Assembly: GCA_951406725.2 (NCBI GenBank)
Contig: OX597817.1
Location: 56,854,001-56,918,000 of the forward strand
Length of the DNA stretch: 64,000 bases
Direction: 5' to 3'
DNA from: Octopus vulgaris
Taxonomy: Eukaryota
A program made the position numbers and the translations under genes. The notes beneath the pieces are model-generated. The model did no database searches and had not been told where the DNA came from. It saw only the letters and a program-made list of their open reading frames with translations. The stretch's first letter is position 1. Every line of letters starts with the position of its first letter. Positions 51,300 to 64,000 of this stretch are shown one piece after another.

Positions 51300-51720
51300 G
51301 GATTTTATTTTGAGTTTTATTTAAATCTTCCTACTTAAGAGAGTTCAAGTCGCTCGCTAACAAACCGAAAAGACTTTTTTTCAGTAAAGAGAGCTTCCGG
51401 TCTTTGTAAATATGTGGTCCTTTTCTTTCTCTTCATAATTTGCAGAAAATTTCGACCGGCCACTTACTGCTTGGTAGCAAGGTTGTAAAAGAAAGCATCT
51501 TGCTCTAATCACCACCTTCTAAATCTTAAAGAGGTTTTGCAGATTTTTATGGTCCCAGATATTGTCATCGTTTGTAGTGTATGAATTAAGGATTTGCGTT
51601 CTCGCCCCAAGAACCCAAATTCATACATACTTTGCTCCAGACGGGTCGGTATGTATCCTGCTGCTGCAATCATACTGGGTACGAAGCTGAAAGTGTGTCT
51701 TGGGCACTGGATTTGCAAGC
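51300..51720 (-). mobile_element. 3' fragment of an RLE-type non-LTR element related to 17250-17564, 5' junction on (ATAC)n
   Basis: LQIQCPRHTFSFVPSMIAAAGYIPTRL...LIHTLQTMTISGTIKICKTSLRF aligns with the 17 kb fragment; the 3' UTR has two AATAAA signals near 51304-51321. Confidence 0.7.
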
Positions 51721-52047
51721 TATGTATGTATGTATGTATGTATGTATATATGTATGTATGTATGTACGTATGTATGTAGGTATCTATGTATGTATATATG
51801 TATGTATGTAGGTATCTATGTATGTATGTACGTGTGTATGTATGTATGTATGTATGTATGTATGTATGTATGTATGTATGTATGTATGTTTAAACAGGCT
51901 TTAGAATCAGTTCGAATTTGCTCGGGACATAATGAACCTGAAGAGAGGCGTTTTCACGGCGTTTGCCATGAAGAAAATTCTCACTTTAGGCAAATAATAT
52001 TAAAAACACCAAAATCAATTCGAAGTGCCCCCTATGAACTGTTAAAT

Positions 52048-52121
<74 letters not shown>

Positions 52122-52400
52122 AGGTTGTTTAATAATTTTAATAGCAATATATGTGTGAAAAGGTTGAATTATATTTCGTCCTTTAATTTGGAGGATTACC
52201 AAAAACGATTTCTAATAAAGATTCTTCATATTTTGTAGATAGCTTACTGGCGTAAGTTTGTGAACATGATAATAATACTTGTATATGGTGTGTTGTGCGA
52301 ATTTATGGAAAGGTATCCCATAGAAATCAACAGATTTGTTAAAAATGGAGATGTTAAAATTTGATAAATTTTAATTCATGCATTCGATCGTTTCAAACAG

Positions 52401-52459
<59 letters not shown>

Positions 52460-52460
<1 letters not shown>

Positions 52461-53642
52461 GAGGGCAAGTGTAAAAAAAATTATCCGCACTTTCGCCATA
52501 ACATATATTTTTTTTTGTAACACTGCCTTCTACGCATGCGTGCTTATAGTTGGTACTACTGTGGTCACGTGATCGATGTTTGAACTTGATCATACCATTT
52601 TTCTTTCTGGCTTTACAGTGTAAGCATGGCCACTCCACTAGCAATGTGCACCAAAGAAGAACAAAGAGAAATAATATGATTGCTTTGGTTGGAAGATGTG
52701 TCAGGAGCTGAAATTCATCGAAGTTTTTTAGCACAATACAGCACACCTATCAATCTCCACTACTGGCGAGAAGATTCAGCAAGCTCGAGAGGTGGTAATG
52801 GTGAACCGGCATGTTACCATCGACGAGGTAGCTCGTTCTCTGCAGATTAGTCATGGTTCTGCCCATCAAATCATCCACAATGAGCTCTGCTTCCATAAAG
52901 TCTGTACAAGTTGGATGCCAAGAGACCTTACCGCAGAGCACAAACACAAACGTTTTGAGGTCGGCCAACGTTTACTCCATCACTACAACAATGAGGGTGA
53001 GGAAGTTTTGAGCAGAATAGTCACAGGAGATGAAATGAGGGTTCATCATTATGAGGCAGAATCCAAAAGACAGAGTATGGAGGGAAAACGTCCTGGTTCG
53101 CCAGCGACGAAGAAACTCAAGACTCAGTCTTTCGCGGGAAAGGTGATGCTAACCCTTTTTCGGGGACTCAAAAAGGGCCTATACTAGAAGATTACCAGGA
53201 AAAGGGGTGTACAATCAACAGTGCAAGTCACAGTGCTTTGCTGGCCAAAAAACTGAAGCCAGCAATTCACACCAAACGCCGAAGCTTATTGTCGAAGAAA
53301 GTTTTGTTGTTGCATGACAATGCACGCCCACACACGGGCGGAACACTCTGACTACAGCCCAGATCTCTCCCCTTCCTATTACCATATCTTTGGACCGCTC
53401 AAAGGTGTTTACGAGGTGGTCGATTTCCTACGGATGAAGATATGAAGGAAGCGGTGCATAAATGGTTGCACGACCAACCGAAAACCTTCTTCGCGCGAGG
53501 AATACGCAAGCTTTTGGACCGCCGGACCAAGTGCATCGAAAAGGAAGGAGACTATATAGAAAAATGACGTACTTGTTTACCCCCTGCTTTTGTGTAAATA
53601 CATTGGAAAATAAGACTCCGTATTATTTTTTATTCTCCCTCG
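52460..53642 (+). mobile_element. Degenerate mariner (Tc1/mariner, DD34D-type) transposon
   Basis: TA|CGAGGG... and ...CCCTCG|TA imperfect terminal inverted repeats (TIRs). Transposase remnants WMPRDL, IVTGDE..VHHYE.ESKRQS, LLHDNARPH, YSPDLSPS..H.FGPLK, GDYIEK*. Stops, frameshifts and deletions. Confidence 0.92.
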
Positions 53643-54196
53643 TATATATGACATACGTATGTGGGTGGTTGTGCACGCGCACACAGACATACACCACACA
53701 TCCATACATACATTCTGTGAGTAATACTTAATCAAGCTGACCTACAATCAAAAGTGTTCCAGCCGTACGTTTTGTACAGTTACTATAACATTGTCTCATG
53801 TGTCCTTGCCGAAGATGCTTCCGCTACTGATGGCAGAAGATTGTTCATCAACTCAAAGGACAATGCGAAAATATCTTCTCTAAACCTCAGGAAAGAATTT
53901 GAAATACCATATTTCAACAAATTCTACTAAACAACTAACAAATACTATTTTATGAAATAACCGAAGCAATAACATCTCAAATTCAGTTTCACATGCGGGT
54001 GGCCTGACAACTTTCGCACTAAAATTCTGCAAAGCCAGCCTTGCAAATTGTTTGAAAATATCCTACCAGGAGCGTCTTCAGATAATACAGATAATAGTAC
54101 GATAGCTGCAATGATTTATAAAAGGAACAACAGAATTGACTGTGGGTTAAGAAGCTTGCTTCCCAGCATGGGCAAGTGTCTTCTAGTCTCCTACAA

Positions 54197-54262
54197 GAGA
54201 GAGAGAGATAGATAGAGAGAGAGAGAGAGATGGATTGATAGATAGGTAGACAGACAGGCAGG

Positions 54263-54310
<48 letters not shown>

Positions 54311-54315
54311 GACAT

Positions 54316-54352
<37 letters not shown>

Positions 54353-54423
54353 TAGACAAACAGACAGACGGACAGACAGACAGACAGATAGACAGACAGA
54401 CAGATAGACAGATAGATAGATAA

Positions 54424-54488
<65 letters not shown>

Positions 54489-54489
54489 G

Positions 54490-54547
<58 letters not shown>

Positions 54548-54585
54548 GCAGACAGACAGACAGGTAAATAGGTATACAGACAGAC

Positions 54586-54662
<77 letters not shown>

Positions 54663-54675
54663 TAGACAGATAGAC

Positions 54676-54721
<46 letters not shown>
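54197..54721. repeat. (AGAT)n/(AGAC)n/(AG)n array
   Basis: Read directly from the sequence. Confidence 0.95.
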
Positions 54722-54722
<1 letters not shown>

Positions 54723-55044
54723 AGACACTTGGCCAAGATACCTCGTAGTGGGACTGAACCCGAGGGCAAGCGATTGCATAGCAAACTTCTTAGCCACATG
54801 GCTTACCATTTCACAGTAAAAGGGTTCGAATCCAGAAGAGTAAATTAGCGGAACCGTACGAGAATCCTGCGAGATGTCTCGCAGTATTTGTTCCCAGCTC
54901 TTAATGTTCTGACAACAAATCCTGCGACAACACTGGTGCCGAGTCGTATTAACCCAGGACGGCGGCCGCATAGGCAATGGCTGTTGCTTGTCTTCATTCA
55001 CATTACATCCAATTTTGTTATTTGAAAGCAACGAATGAAGCAGT

Positions 55045-55250
55045 ATGGCAGAATTGTTAACATGCCAGGCAAAATTCTTAGCTGTATGTCTATCGTCTGC
55101 CGTTACGTTCTGAGTTCAAATTCCGCCGAGGTCGATTTTGCCGTTCATCGTTTCGGGGTTGATAAAATAAGCACCGCTGGGATTGATGTAATCAACTAAC
55201 CCCTATCGCCGGAATTGCTGACCTCGTGCCAAAATTTGAAACCAACATTA
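55045..55250 (+). mobile_element. SINE family B
   Basis: Family B head and core. Confidence 0.75.
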
Positions 55251-55430
55251 TTAAAGCCACCACCACCACCATTCCATTATATAATTATCCTCCAAGAAAC
55301 CGCGACTTTTGAAAGATGCCCATGTACACTCCTTACTCATGTCACACAGAATTCAAACAGAAATGGTTGCAACCAGGGCATAGCAAACTCCGCAACACAT
55401 TTATCCAATAATTAACGATACTAAACAAGG

Positions 55431-55822
55431 GGTGGCTCTATGATAAGAAGCTTGCTTCCCAACCACATGGCTCTGGGTTCAATCTCAATGCATGACACCT
55501 TACGCAAGTGTCTTCTGCTATAGCCTCGAGCAGATTAAAGCCTTATGAATGGATTTGGTAGACGGAAACTGAAAGAAACCTCTCATATATATCTATATCT
55601 CTATATGTGTGTCTTTGTGTTTGTTTTTGCCCCCATCATCGCTTGACAACCGGTGTTGGTGTATTTACGTCCCCGTACCTTAGCGGTTCGGCAAAAGGCA
55701 TCGATAGAATAAATACCAAACTTAGTACTGGGGTCGATTCATTCAGCTAAAAAAAATTCTTCAAGGCGGTGTCCCAGCATGAGCGCAGTCTAATGCTTGA
55801 AACAAGGTAAGGGGTAAAAGAT
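55431..55822 (+). mobile_element. SINE family C
   Basis: Colinear with 413-1385. Confidence 0.8.
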
Positions 55823-57210
55823 TATAAAGAACAACAACAGCAACAAAAACAAAAACAACAACAACAACAAAACGTCTTTCTCCCCCCCCCCCCTTCCATC
55901 CCTCCGCCCTTCAGATATATAACAGAAAACACTTGAAAGGCCGAGCCAATTCTGCAGAAATGGTTGGTGCCACAAAATGTGTTAAATATGTTACAATGAA
56001 GAAAAAAATGTAGAATTATATGTCGAAGTGTGAGGTGGCGACGGCGGCGGGGGTAGGGTACGGATACACGAAAAGATGTAGAAATTAGATATACACACAT
56101 ACATATATGTGTGGTTGCGCGCGCATGTATATATAGATATATGCATGAATGTATGTCTGCAGACATATGGAACCACATTACCTCTATATTATATACATCT
56201 ATATTATATACATACACACACACACAAATATATATATATATATATATACATATATATACATACATATATACATATACATACGCACACACACACACACACA
56301 TATATATATTCAAAAACATATTTATGATATATGTGTGTGTGTGTATGTGTATGTGTATGCATGTATTTCATGCGTACACACACGCGCACGCACACATATG
56401 TGTATGTATGCTTCCGTGTGTGTAAAATAGAGTAGAGAAAGGGAGTGGAGGACAGCAGAGGAGGAGGGGGTGAAGGAGAGAGGGAGAAAGACAAAGAAAG
56501 AAAGAGAAGGAAGGAGAGAGAAAAGAGAGGAGAGAGAGAGAGAGCAATGGAGAAAGAGATGACTTTCTCTTTCAAGTTGCATGTCAATATGGTAGCCATT
56601 GAGATGAGGAGGGGAGAGAGGAGGGAAGAGGAGGGGTTGAATTAAGATACAAATAAAACATACAAAATAAAAGAGAAAACAAGAATAATATGAGAAAAAT
56701 TAGTCTAAAACATGTCTAGATTAAAGAATAAAGGAAGAAAATGAATAAAATATTGGGTTTGTGTTCTCCCTGCGCCACCCACCTTTTCCCTCTGTCTCTC
56801 TCTTTCCCTCTCTCTTTGTTTCTGTGTCTGTTGGTCTCTCTCTCGCTTTCTCTCTCTCTCTCTGTTTCCTCTCACCTTCCTCCCTCTCAGCCGCCATGAT
56901 GGTTTTAGCTTAAGGCTGAATGATTTTTTCATATTTGAGAGTAAGATGGGAGTATGGCGGTGGAGGTGTGGTGGTGGTGGTGGGCGTGGTGGTGGTGGTG
57001 TGGAGACGGGAGTCACGCTGCTCTTACACACACTTCCCCACACACTCACATATGTACATACATACGCGCGCACACGCATATATATATATATATATACACA
57101 CACATATATATACATATAAATATGCATACATACTATGTGTGCACATGTGTATATGAGTGTGTGCACACATTAGAACCTACCAAGAGATACGGGCGTGCAT
57201 TGATAAATAG

Positions 57211-57861
57211 ACACATACATACATACATATACATACATACGTACGTATGTACATACTTCATACAAACAAAATTACATAAAGGCATGCATGTATATACATA
57301 TATACATACTTATATATACACATACAATAACAGATACATACATACATGCATTCATATATACATGCATGTATACATACATACATACACACATACGCGTATA
57401 CCTACCTACACATCTACATAGAAACAAATACATATATATAGACACATGCACACAAATACACACATACATACACACATACATACATACATACATACATACA
57501 TACATACATACATACACAAACACACACACACACATACATACATACATAGACACATACACACAAATATACACACACATATCTACATGCATACATACATACA
57601 TACATACATACTTAGACACATACACACAAATATACACACATATCTACATACATAGACACATACACATAAACACAATTACATACATACATGCATACATACA
57701 TACACACAAACACACATACATACATACATACATACAAACATACATACACACACACATACATACACATACATACACATACATACATATATACATACATAAA
57801 CACACAAGTGCACATACATACACACATACACACACACAAACATACACACACACACACACAC
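57211..57861. repeat. (ACAT)n/(AC)n compound array
   Basis: Read directly from the sequence. Confidence 0.95.
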
Positions 57862-58490
57862 GAGATGTTATTTTTATTTACTTAAACAGCTTACACAACA
57901 TCCGAAATGTTTACTATTCAAGCGACACCAGATCTTATATCAATATGTGATTTTTCTATATATATATTATTAAATATAGATTATATTATATAGTATATAT
58001 ATTATTTATATTGTATATATTGTATAGCATATTATATAGAGCGTCTTGTACAACATATATAATGATATATACATTATGCAGTAGTATATGGCGATATGGG
58101 TTGCGATTTCTATAGACATAAATATGTAAATATATGTTATTAATATCAGCGAACATTCTCAATATAAATAATGATAATGTATATAAGCAGAAAACACACA
58201 CAAACACACACACACACATATGTCGAAAGGCCGTTTTGCAGCATGATCACAGATCCTGGGTGTAACCAACAAAAGGAGCACAAAGACAGCCAACAGACAT
58301 GTGTGTGTGTGTGTGTGTAAGTGTGTGTGTGGTGTGTGTTTGTGTATAGGCGCAGGGGTGGCTGTGTAGTTTGCTTCCCAACTACATGGTTCTGAGTTCA
58401 GTCCCAGTGTGTGTCACCTTGGGCAAGTATGGCCTCAGGTCGACTAAAGGCGGTGCTCTAGCATGGCCGCAGTCAAAATGACCGAAACAA

Positions 58491-58586
<96 letters not shown>

Positions 58587-59263
58587 TGTATGTATGTATG
58601 TATGTATGTATGCATTATGTATGGCTGGTAGGGGAGGCAATTCTTTATGGGCTAAGAGCGAAAAAGCATTGCAGACAAAGGTCTGTACATACATACATAC
58701 ATACATACATACATACATACATACATACATGTTTTATGTGTGAATATATGTTAGCATATATGCACGCGCGCGCGCGCGTGTGTGTGTGTGACACACAAAT
58801 ACACACTGTAGGATGTGTGTGCAAGTATGCATGTCTGTAGAAGCTAAGTTTGAAGGTCAATGAGACAGTAATTACGTTCGTGTGTTCGTATTTGAGAGTT
58901 TTTGGGTTTTATTCATTTTATTTATTTATTTTTTTTATACTATTGAGAACTCTCCACCTGTCTCAAAGATGCCCCTATATTGCGCACCAAAATAAGAAAA
59001 CCAAAACAATGAATGGGTTTTATTTCGTTTTGCTCGGTTACCGATTCTTCAATCATTGGATTGATTCTGGTTTAATTAAACTCCTTCATTTGTCGCAGAA
59101 TGTATTCTGCAGAATTGGATGTCCCTGAGCGATTGTTTCGCAACGGAACAGATATTGGTTATGTCTCGATATTGGAAAATATCAAATATAATCATGTTTT
59201 CAGCCAGCAGCCGGATACAACTTTCTTATGCAGCAACTATGATGAAGAAAACTCTGTGTGTGT

Positions 59264-59329
<66 letters not shown>

Positions 59330-59783
59330 TGTTAATGCTTTTTATGCTCAGTTATAATAAATATGATTTTTCATCAATCTGATGGGTTATTCTATACTTT
59401 TGTAGAGTACAAATTTATTATTCTTAAGTAAGAATATTACTGACAGTGACTTCGAAGTTCCAGCTAATTGACCCATTGTCGGACTGTATGTATATGCTCG
59501 AAATACGGAGTAGAAAAATAACAGCCGACAACTGATGAAGGCTCGTTCTTTATGCTGCTTGTCTTGTTTTCCATTTGTTTCCTTCGTTGTTCGCAAAAAC
59601 AGTTCATATTCTATGTTCTCGTTCTTTGACATCCTATACACATATATGCATATGTATATACGTATATATGTATGTATATGTGCATATACATAATTTATAT
59701 ATTTTATTATATGATTGAATGCCACGCATCCATTTCCAAGTAAGTTTTATCTATATGTATGTGTGTGTCTGTGTGTATTTATA

Positions 59784-60494
59784 CGAAGGTGGCTGAGCAA
59801 TTCCTGGCTTTGGGTAAAAGAAAATACAGGAGGATCAGTTAATTATGATTTTATTCAACACTAGCAGTATCGCCCGGGGTTGCTCGGGTTTGTAAGGGAA
59901 ATAACTATATAAGCATTTTTAGAGAGTTACTTCCCTTATAGATGCCAATTCGGGCTTTCTTAGCCATTTCTGTTTTGGTGTCTTCAAGCCATGAAGTCGT
60001 TGTTCTAAAAGAACGCTGGTCTCCTTGACAACGCTTTACGACGTTGATTTCCTTACACTCCCTTCCCCACAGCTTCACGAGGGAGGGAAGAAGGGGGAGA
60101 AGCAAACAGGTGCAGCTGTGACCATGGACGCCAACTCCGCCGCCATCGACACACGAAAAATTATGCATTAAAATGGAATAAAAAATGATGTTAAATTATT
60201 TTTAAAATCGTAGACTCATCGTAGACGCGCGCTAATACTCAGACGGGCTCGATATGAATCACGACTATAAGATACCCGAATTTGGTTAAACTGCACCGCA
60301 AAATGTGGGAGTAGTTAGGAATCTAAATCGAAGGGGACAGACACTCACACAACTACAGTTTTATATATATAGATATTCCCCTCTCAGATTCACACACTTA
60401 TTGCAGCGGTCCTTCATTTTTTTCTCAGAAGGTTGGGCCTCCAACCAGGCCTTTCGTGACACCCTTAAAATCAGGAACTTTTCAGTACCCTTCA
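59784..60494. mobile_element. Mariner-derived MITE interrupted by a Helitron
   Basis: TA|CGAAGGTGGCTGAGCAATTCCTGG versus the reverse complement of the right end, TA|TGAAGGGTACTGAAAAGTTCCTGA. Confidence 0.7.
59861..60373 (-). mobile_element. Non-autonomous Helitron, family A
   Basis: A|TC ... hairpin CTAG|T; inserted at an A|T junction with no TSD. Confidence 0.9.
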
Positions 60495-62164
60495 TATATA
60501 TATATATATATATATATATAGGTTGTCAGTAGCGTATAAAAAATAAGTTATACGCACAGTATATACACAGATGTTTGTAGAGAAGTCATTTAAACATAAG
60601 GTTTCTTGCGCCCACTGGATATTTGTGAACAAAAATCACGCGACCATAAACGCAAGACGAATTTCATTAGCGCTTTCCAAACCGACAAAGACCAGCAACC
60701 CGGCAAAAAAGCCTTCAGGTTGAATAAAATTACGGTCAACGCAACTGAAACCGTGTTAAATTAAAATAATCCAGCTGTGTGCATACATTTACTATGATAC
60801 ACTAAAATAAAGTTTCTTTCCATATAATTCTTCTTTCTTCGCCACAGTAGTGGATAAATTTAACAAATTTGAAACTAATTTTATTTAATATGGCAATTTG
60901 TCTGCCTCCATTTTTCAATACTCACAGCCTCGTTTTGGAAAACACCGATCAAGCGTAATGCTGAGCAGTAGATGTCATATATTTAAGCTTCGTATTTCTC
61001 TTTTAGATGTCTCGGCAGCCTCTTCATGATAAATTCAAATCTGTCACACACACAAAAATAATAAATGAAAAGGCAACACTATACACGCGACCCTCGTCGC
61101 CAACCACAGTGCTTTTTTTTTCTTTTCATAGCCAAGGACTAATAAGTGTGGAGTTTAACCCGGTTTGCATGGAGTATAACTGGTTGTGATTAAAACAGTT
61201 TCATCCTTGAACCGGATGCCACTCCGGCGCAGAACAGAGATTTGGGGATCGCCAATTACTCGAACATGCTGGGTTCTATATATTTAGGGAGGGTCGGGGA
61301 TAAAGCTGGAAGCCTCTGGACGGAGACATGTTATCGGTGGCCATAAAAAAAAGAAACCATCTTAGCTGTCGTCAGGAAAATATCTCATCAAGTTTATTCA
61401 GTCGATGAAATACGATAATCCCAGCAAGTTCATGTGATCCCTCACCGAGCAACCCAAAGTGACACCAAACCCACAGTCGGATGTTAAGGACATGAAGATA
61501 TCAGCTACAAGTCCGACAATTCTGGTAATTGAAATGATGAATTTATTCTGTTCAAGCTGTCTTTTCTTTTCGGTTTTTGTTTTTACAATTGTCATTTACC
61601 CCTGGATCAGTTCTTGTTTACTTACTACCTACCAACGAGTTCACTACGTCCCTCATGAATACTGACCACATCCGGCGGTCGACCCTAACTTTCCAGTAGG
61701 CAAAGCAATGCTTCTGCCTACGACCCAAAATTCCAGCTTGCAAACCTCACAAATGCCTCACCAGGAGAGCAAGAGCGCCGGATAGCACAGATGCTGTAAT
61801 TGTCATTCACCGTTGAGGTGTAGAGTTCATGTTCGCAACATCAGTCCTTATTGGGTAGACCTAATCAAAGACGGCCCAACCATGGCCATCTCGTCTTTTT
61901 GAATATGTAGGATTACATTATTCAATGTATCATTCCTTTTTTGAAAGACAGTTGGATAATATTTTCTGATTTGTCAATTGACCATCCTGTTGAAATTTTG
62001 TTGGGATAAGAACGTCTTTGAGAATGTCTCTACGTAGACGACCGCCCTACCAGGATCAGCCAGACCCCCTTTGCATCATGCATTTTACCATCATAAATTG
62101 GGAATGAGAAATCAAACAACAGAATCTCAACTTCTTTAAAATTTTGATTGCAGATGACACACGA

Positions 62165-62560
62165 TATGAGAACAGTGCTGGCAAAACCTACATTCTCAAA
62201 ATTGCTTAACATCTTGAGAAGCCTTACTCTGAGCATTAAGGCCAGGATCCGAAAATCGAACTGCTGTCCACCTTGTGTTAAGGTATGGAAGTGAGGCAAG
62301 GTCTATGTCTTCAAGAATGAGTAAGTGCTCGGAGAGTTGTGAAATGTGGTTCTTAAGGTGAATATTAAGGATAGAATGGACAGACAAAATGTCTAATGAA
62401 GAAGTGATGACTCGGGTTGCGGTAAATAAGAAAGAGCTTCATGAGATAGGGGCCAAACAACTGAGGTTTGTTGGTCATGTGACGAGGAAAAACGGTCCAG
62501 AATATTTAGCGATGACCAGAAAGATTGAAGGGGAAAGAAGCAGAGAAAGGAGAAGGATGG
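62165..62560 (+). pseudogene. RTE/BovB-type LINE C-terminal relic
   Basis: LAKPTFSKL..IL..YGSEA..CEMWFLR*ILRIEWTDKMSNEEVM..KQLRFVGHVTRK..KIEGERSR.RRR. Confidence 0.8.
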
Positions 62561-62659
62561 ATGTCTTTTGTTTAAACGTCCATCCAATTTGACCTGTGGC
62601 TAAATAAAAGCAAAGTCACAAACTGATACAATTCATTAATGATATATTTTTATGTTTTT

Positions 62660-62872
62660 AAGGCAGCGACCTGACAGAAACGTTAGGACACCGGGCGAAA
62701 TGCTTAGAGATATTTCGTCTGTCTTTACGTTCTGTGTTCAAATTCCGCAGAGGTCGACGTTGCCTTTCATCCTTTCAGGGTCGATAAATCAAGTACTGTT
62801 GCGTACTGGGGTCGATCTAATCGACTGGACCCCTCCCCAAAAATTTCGGGCCTTATGCCTAGAGTAGAAAAG
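62660..62872 (+). mobile_element. SINE family B
   Basis: Family B head, core and GGCCTTATGCCTAGAGTAGAAAAG tail. Confidence 0.8.
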
Positions 62873-62879
62873 GATATAT

Positions 62880-63076
62880 TTTATCTTTTACTTGTTCCAG
62901 TCATTAGACTGCGGCCATGCTGGGGCACCGCCTTGAAGAAATTTTAGCCGAATGAATCGACCCCAGTGCTTATTTTTGAAGACCGGTATTTATTTTATTG
63001 ATCTCTTTTGTCGAACCACTAGATATCGAGATGTAAACACACCAATACCCATTTGTCAAGCGGTAGTGGAGGACAA

Positions 63077-63123
<47 letters not shown>

Positions 63124-63280
63124 ATAGGCTCTTTTCAGTTTCCGTCTACCATTTCCACTCGCAAGACTTTGGTCATCCCGAGGCAATGGAAGACACCTGC
63201 TCAATGTGTCACGCAGCAAGACAGAACTCGGATTCTTGTGACTGGGAAGCGAATTTCTCGCCACATAGCCCCGCACGTGC
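62880..63280 (-). mobile_element. SINE family C
   Basis: Reverse complement of family C with internal (AC)n. Confidence 0.75.
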
Positions 63281-63415
63281 CTATTATATATAATGAGTTT
63301 AATTAAAATTCTCAACTCACAATGTTCCTGCAGGAAATGTGGTAATCAAGAATTGGTAACCAAGAACTGGTAATTAAGAATTGGTGATGAAGAAACGATT
63401 ATCAGGAATGCAAAC

Positions 63416-63452
63416 ACTTACCTGAAAATAAAAATATAAAAAGAATCTTTTA
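63416..63452 (-). other. Candidate recursive splice site (zero-length exon)
   Basis: Minus strand TTCTTTTTATATTTTTATTTTCAG|GTAAGT. Confidence 0.5.
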
Positions 63453-63734
63453 ATATAACATGATGACAACATTGATTATAATTTCAATATATCACTTTTT
63501 ATACAAAAACCAAAAAAATTCAATTATCATAATTTATGCGAATATTAAATGATTTGGCTAAACAGAAATCAGTATTGACTTGTTATGACAAGTGTACAGA
63601 TGCAAGTGTTTACTAATTTGATCTTGCAATTTGTACACTTAATGTTCCTTCAGCCGTTGTTCTTTTGGCAAAATAAAGAAATGATTATACGTAATTCAAG
63701 TCTCGTCAGTAATCTTGTTTTACAAGCTTAAGAT

Positions 63735-64000
63735 GTGTGTTTCATAATCACGAAGAGCGTGTCTTGGGCATACGCCTCTTATTACCACGCCGGGTCGGGT
63801 CAAGGTTTGTCAGTGAAATTAGTTTGACAGAAACTGTATGCACGGAATCTCTTGATGGAATTCACCTGTAATTCAACCCTTCGACCTTATTGCATTGCGT
63901 CATGCTGCATTAAGGGTGTATATATCAGTGGAATATTTAGCTACTTGCAAGCTAATTTAACGACGAGTAGAGTTGATCGAACAACGGAACAACCATCATG
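63735..64000 (+). mobile_element. Degenerate SINE (3' part resembles family A), running to the window edge
   Basis: ..TTAAGGGT..AGTGGAAT..TTAGCTACTTGCA.GCTAATTT.. matches the family A body. Confidence 0.55.

Noticed and set aside
60520-61800. Possible mariner and RTE scraps (e.g. minus strand DRRMWSVFMRDVVNS near 61635-61682)
   Set aside because: The matches are too short to call by eye

Overview
Eukaryotic, extremely microsatellite-rich and repeat-dominated DNA. The SINE families and the repeat density suggest a coleoid cephalopod such as Octopus; this is an inference. Nearly all ORFs in the supplied track are translations of simple repeats. The only host coding signal I can support is two phase-compatible minus-strand exons (44311-44470 and 43637-43782) encoding the C-terminal ~100 aa of a small coiled-coil protein resembling the LURAP1/FAM89/FAM167 motif. 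A recursive-splice-site-like AG|GTAAGT sits on the same strand at 63421/63422. The rest is a layered mobilome: R4/Dong-type restriction-like-endonuclease (RLE) LINEs, a non-coding element and a Tx1-like LINE in (TAA)n arrays; a second RLE family and a zinc-finger RTE-like 3' end at (ATAC/GTAT)n arrays; Penelope-like elements (PLEs) with inverted pseudo-LTRs (pLTRs) and hammerhead ribozyme motifs, mostly at (TA)n; non-autonomous Helitrons; a mariner pseudogene and MITE; scrambled Gypsy relics; and several tRNA-derived SINE families. The least explained structure is a ~1.5 kb diverged array with a near-constant 44-bp period and a conserved TAAACA-N14-TGTTTA dyad (39506-40990). All alignments were made by eye, and many repeat boundaries are approximate.
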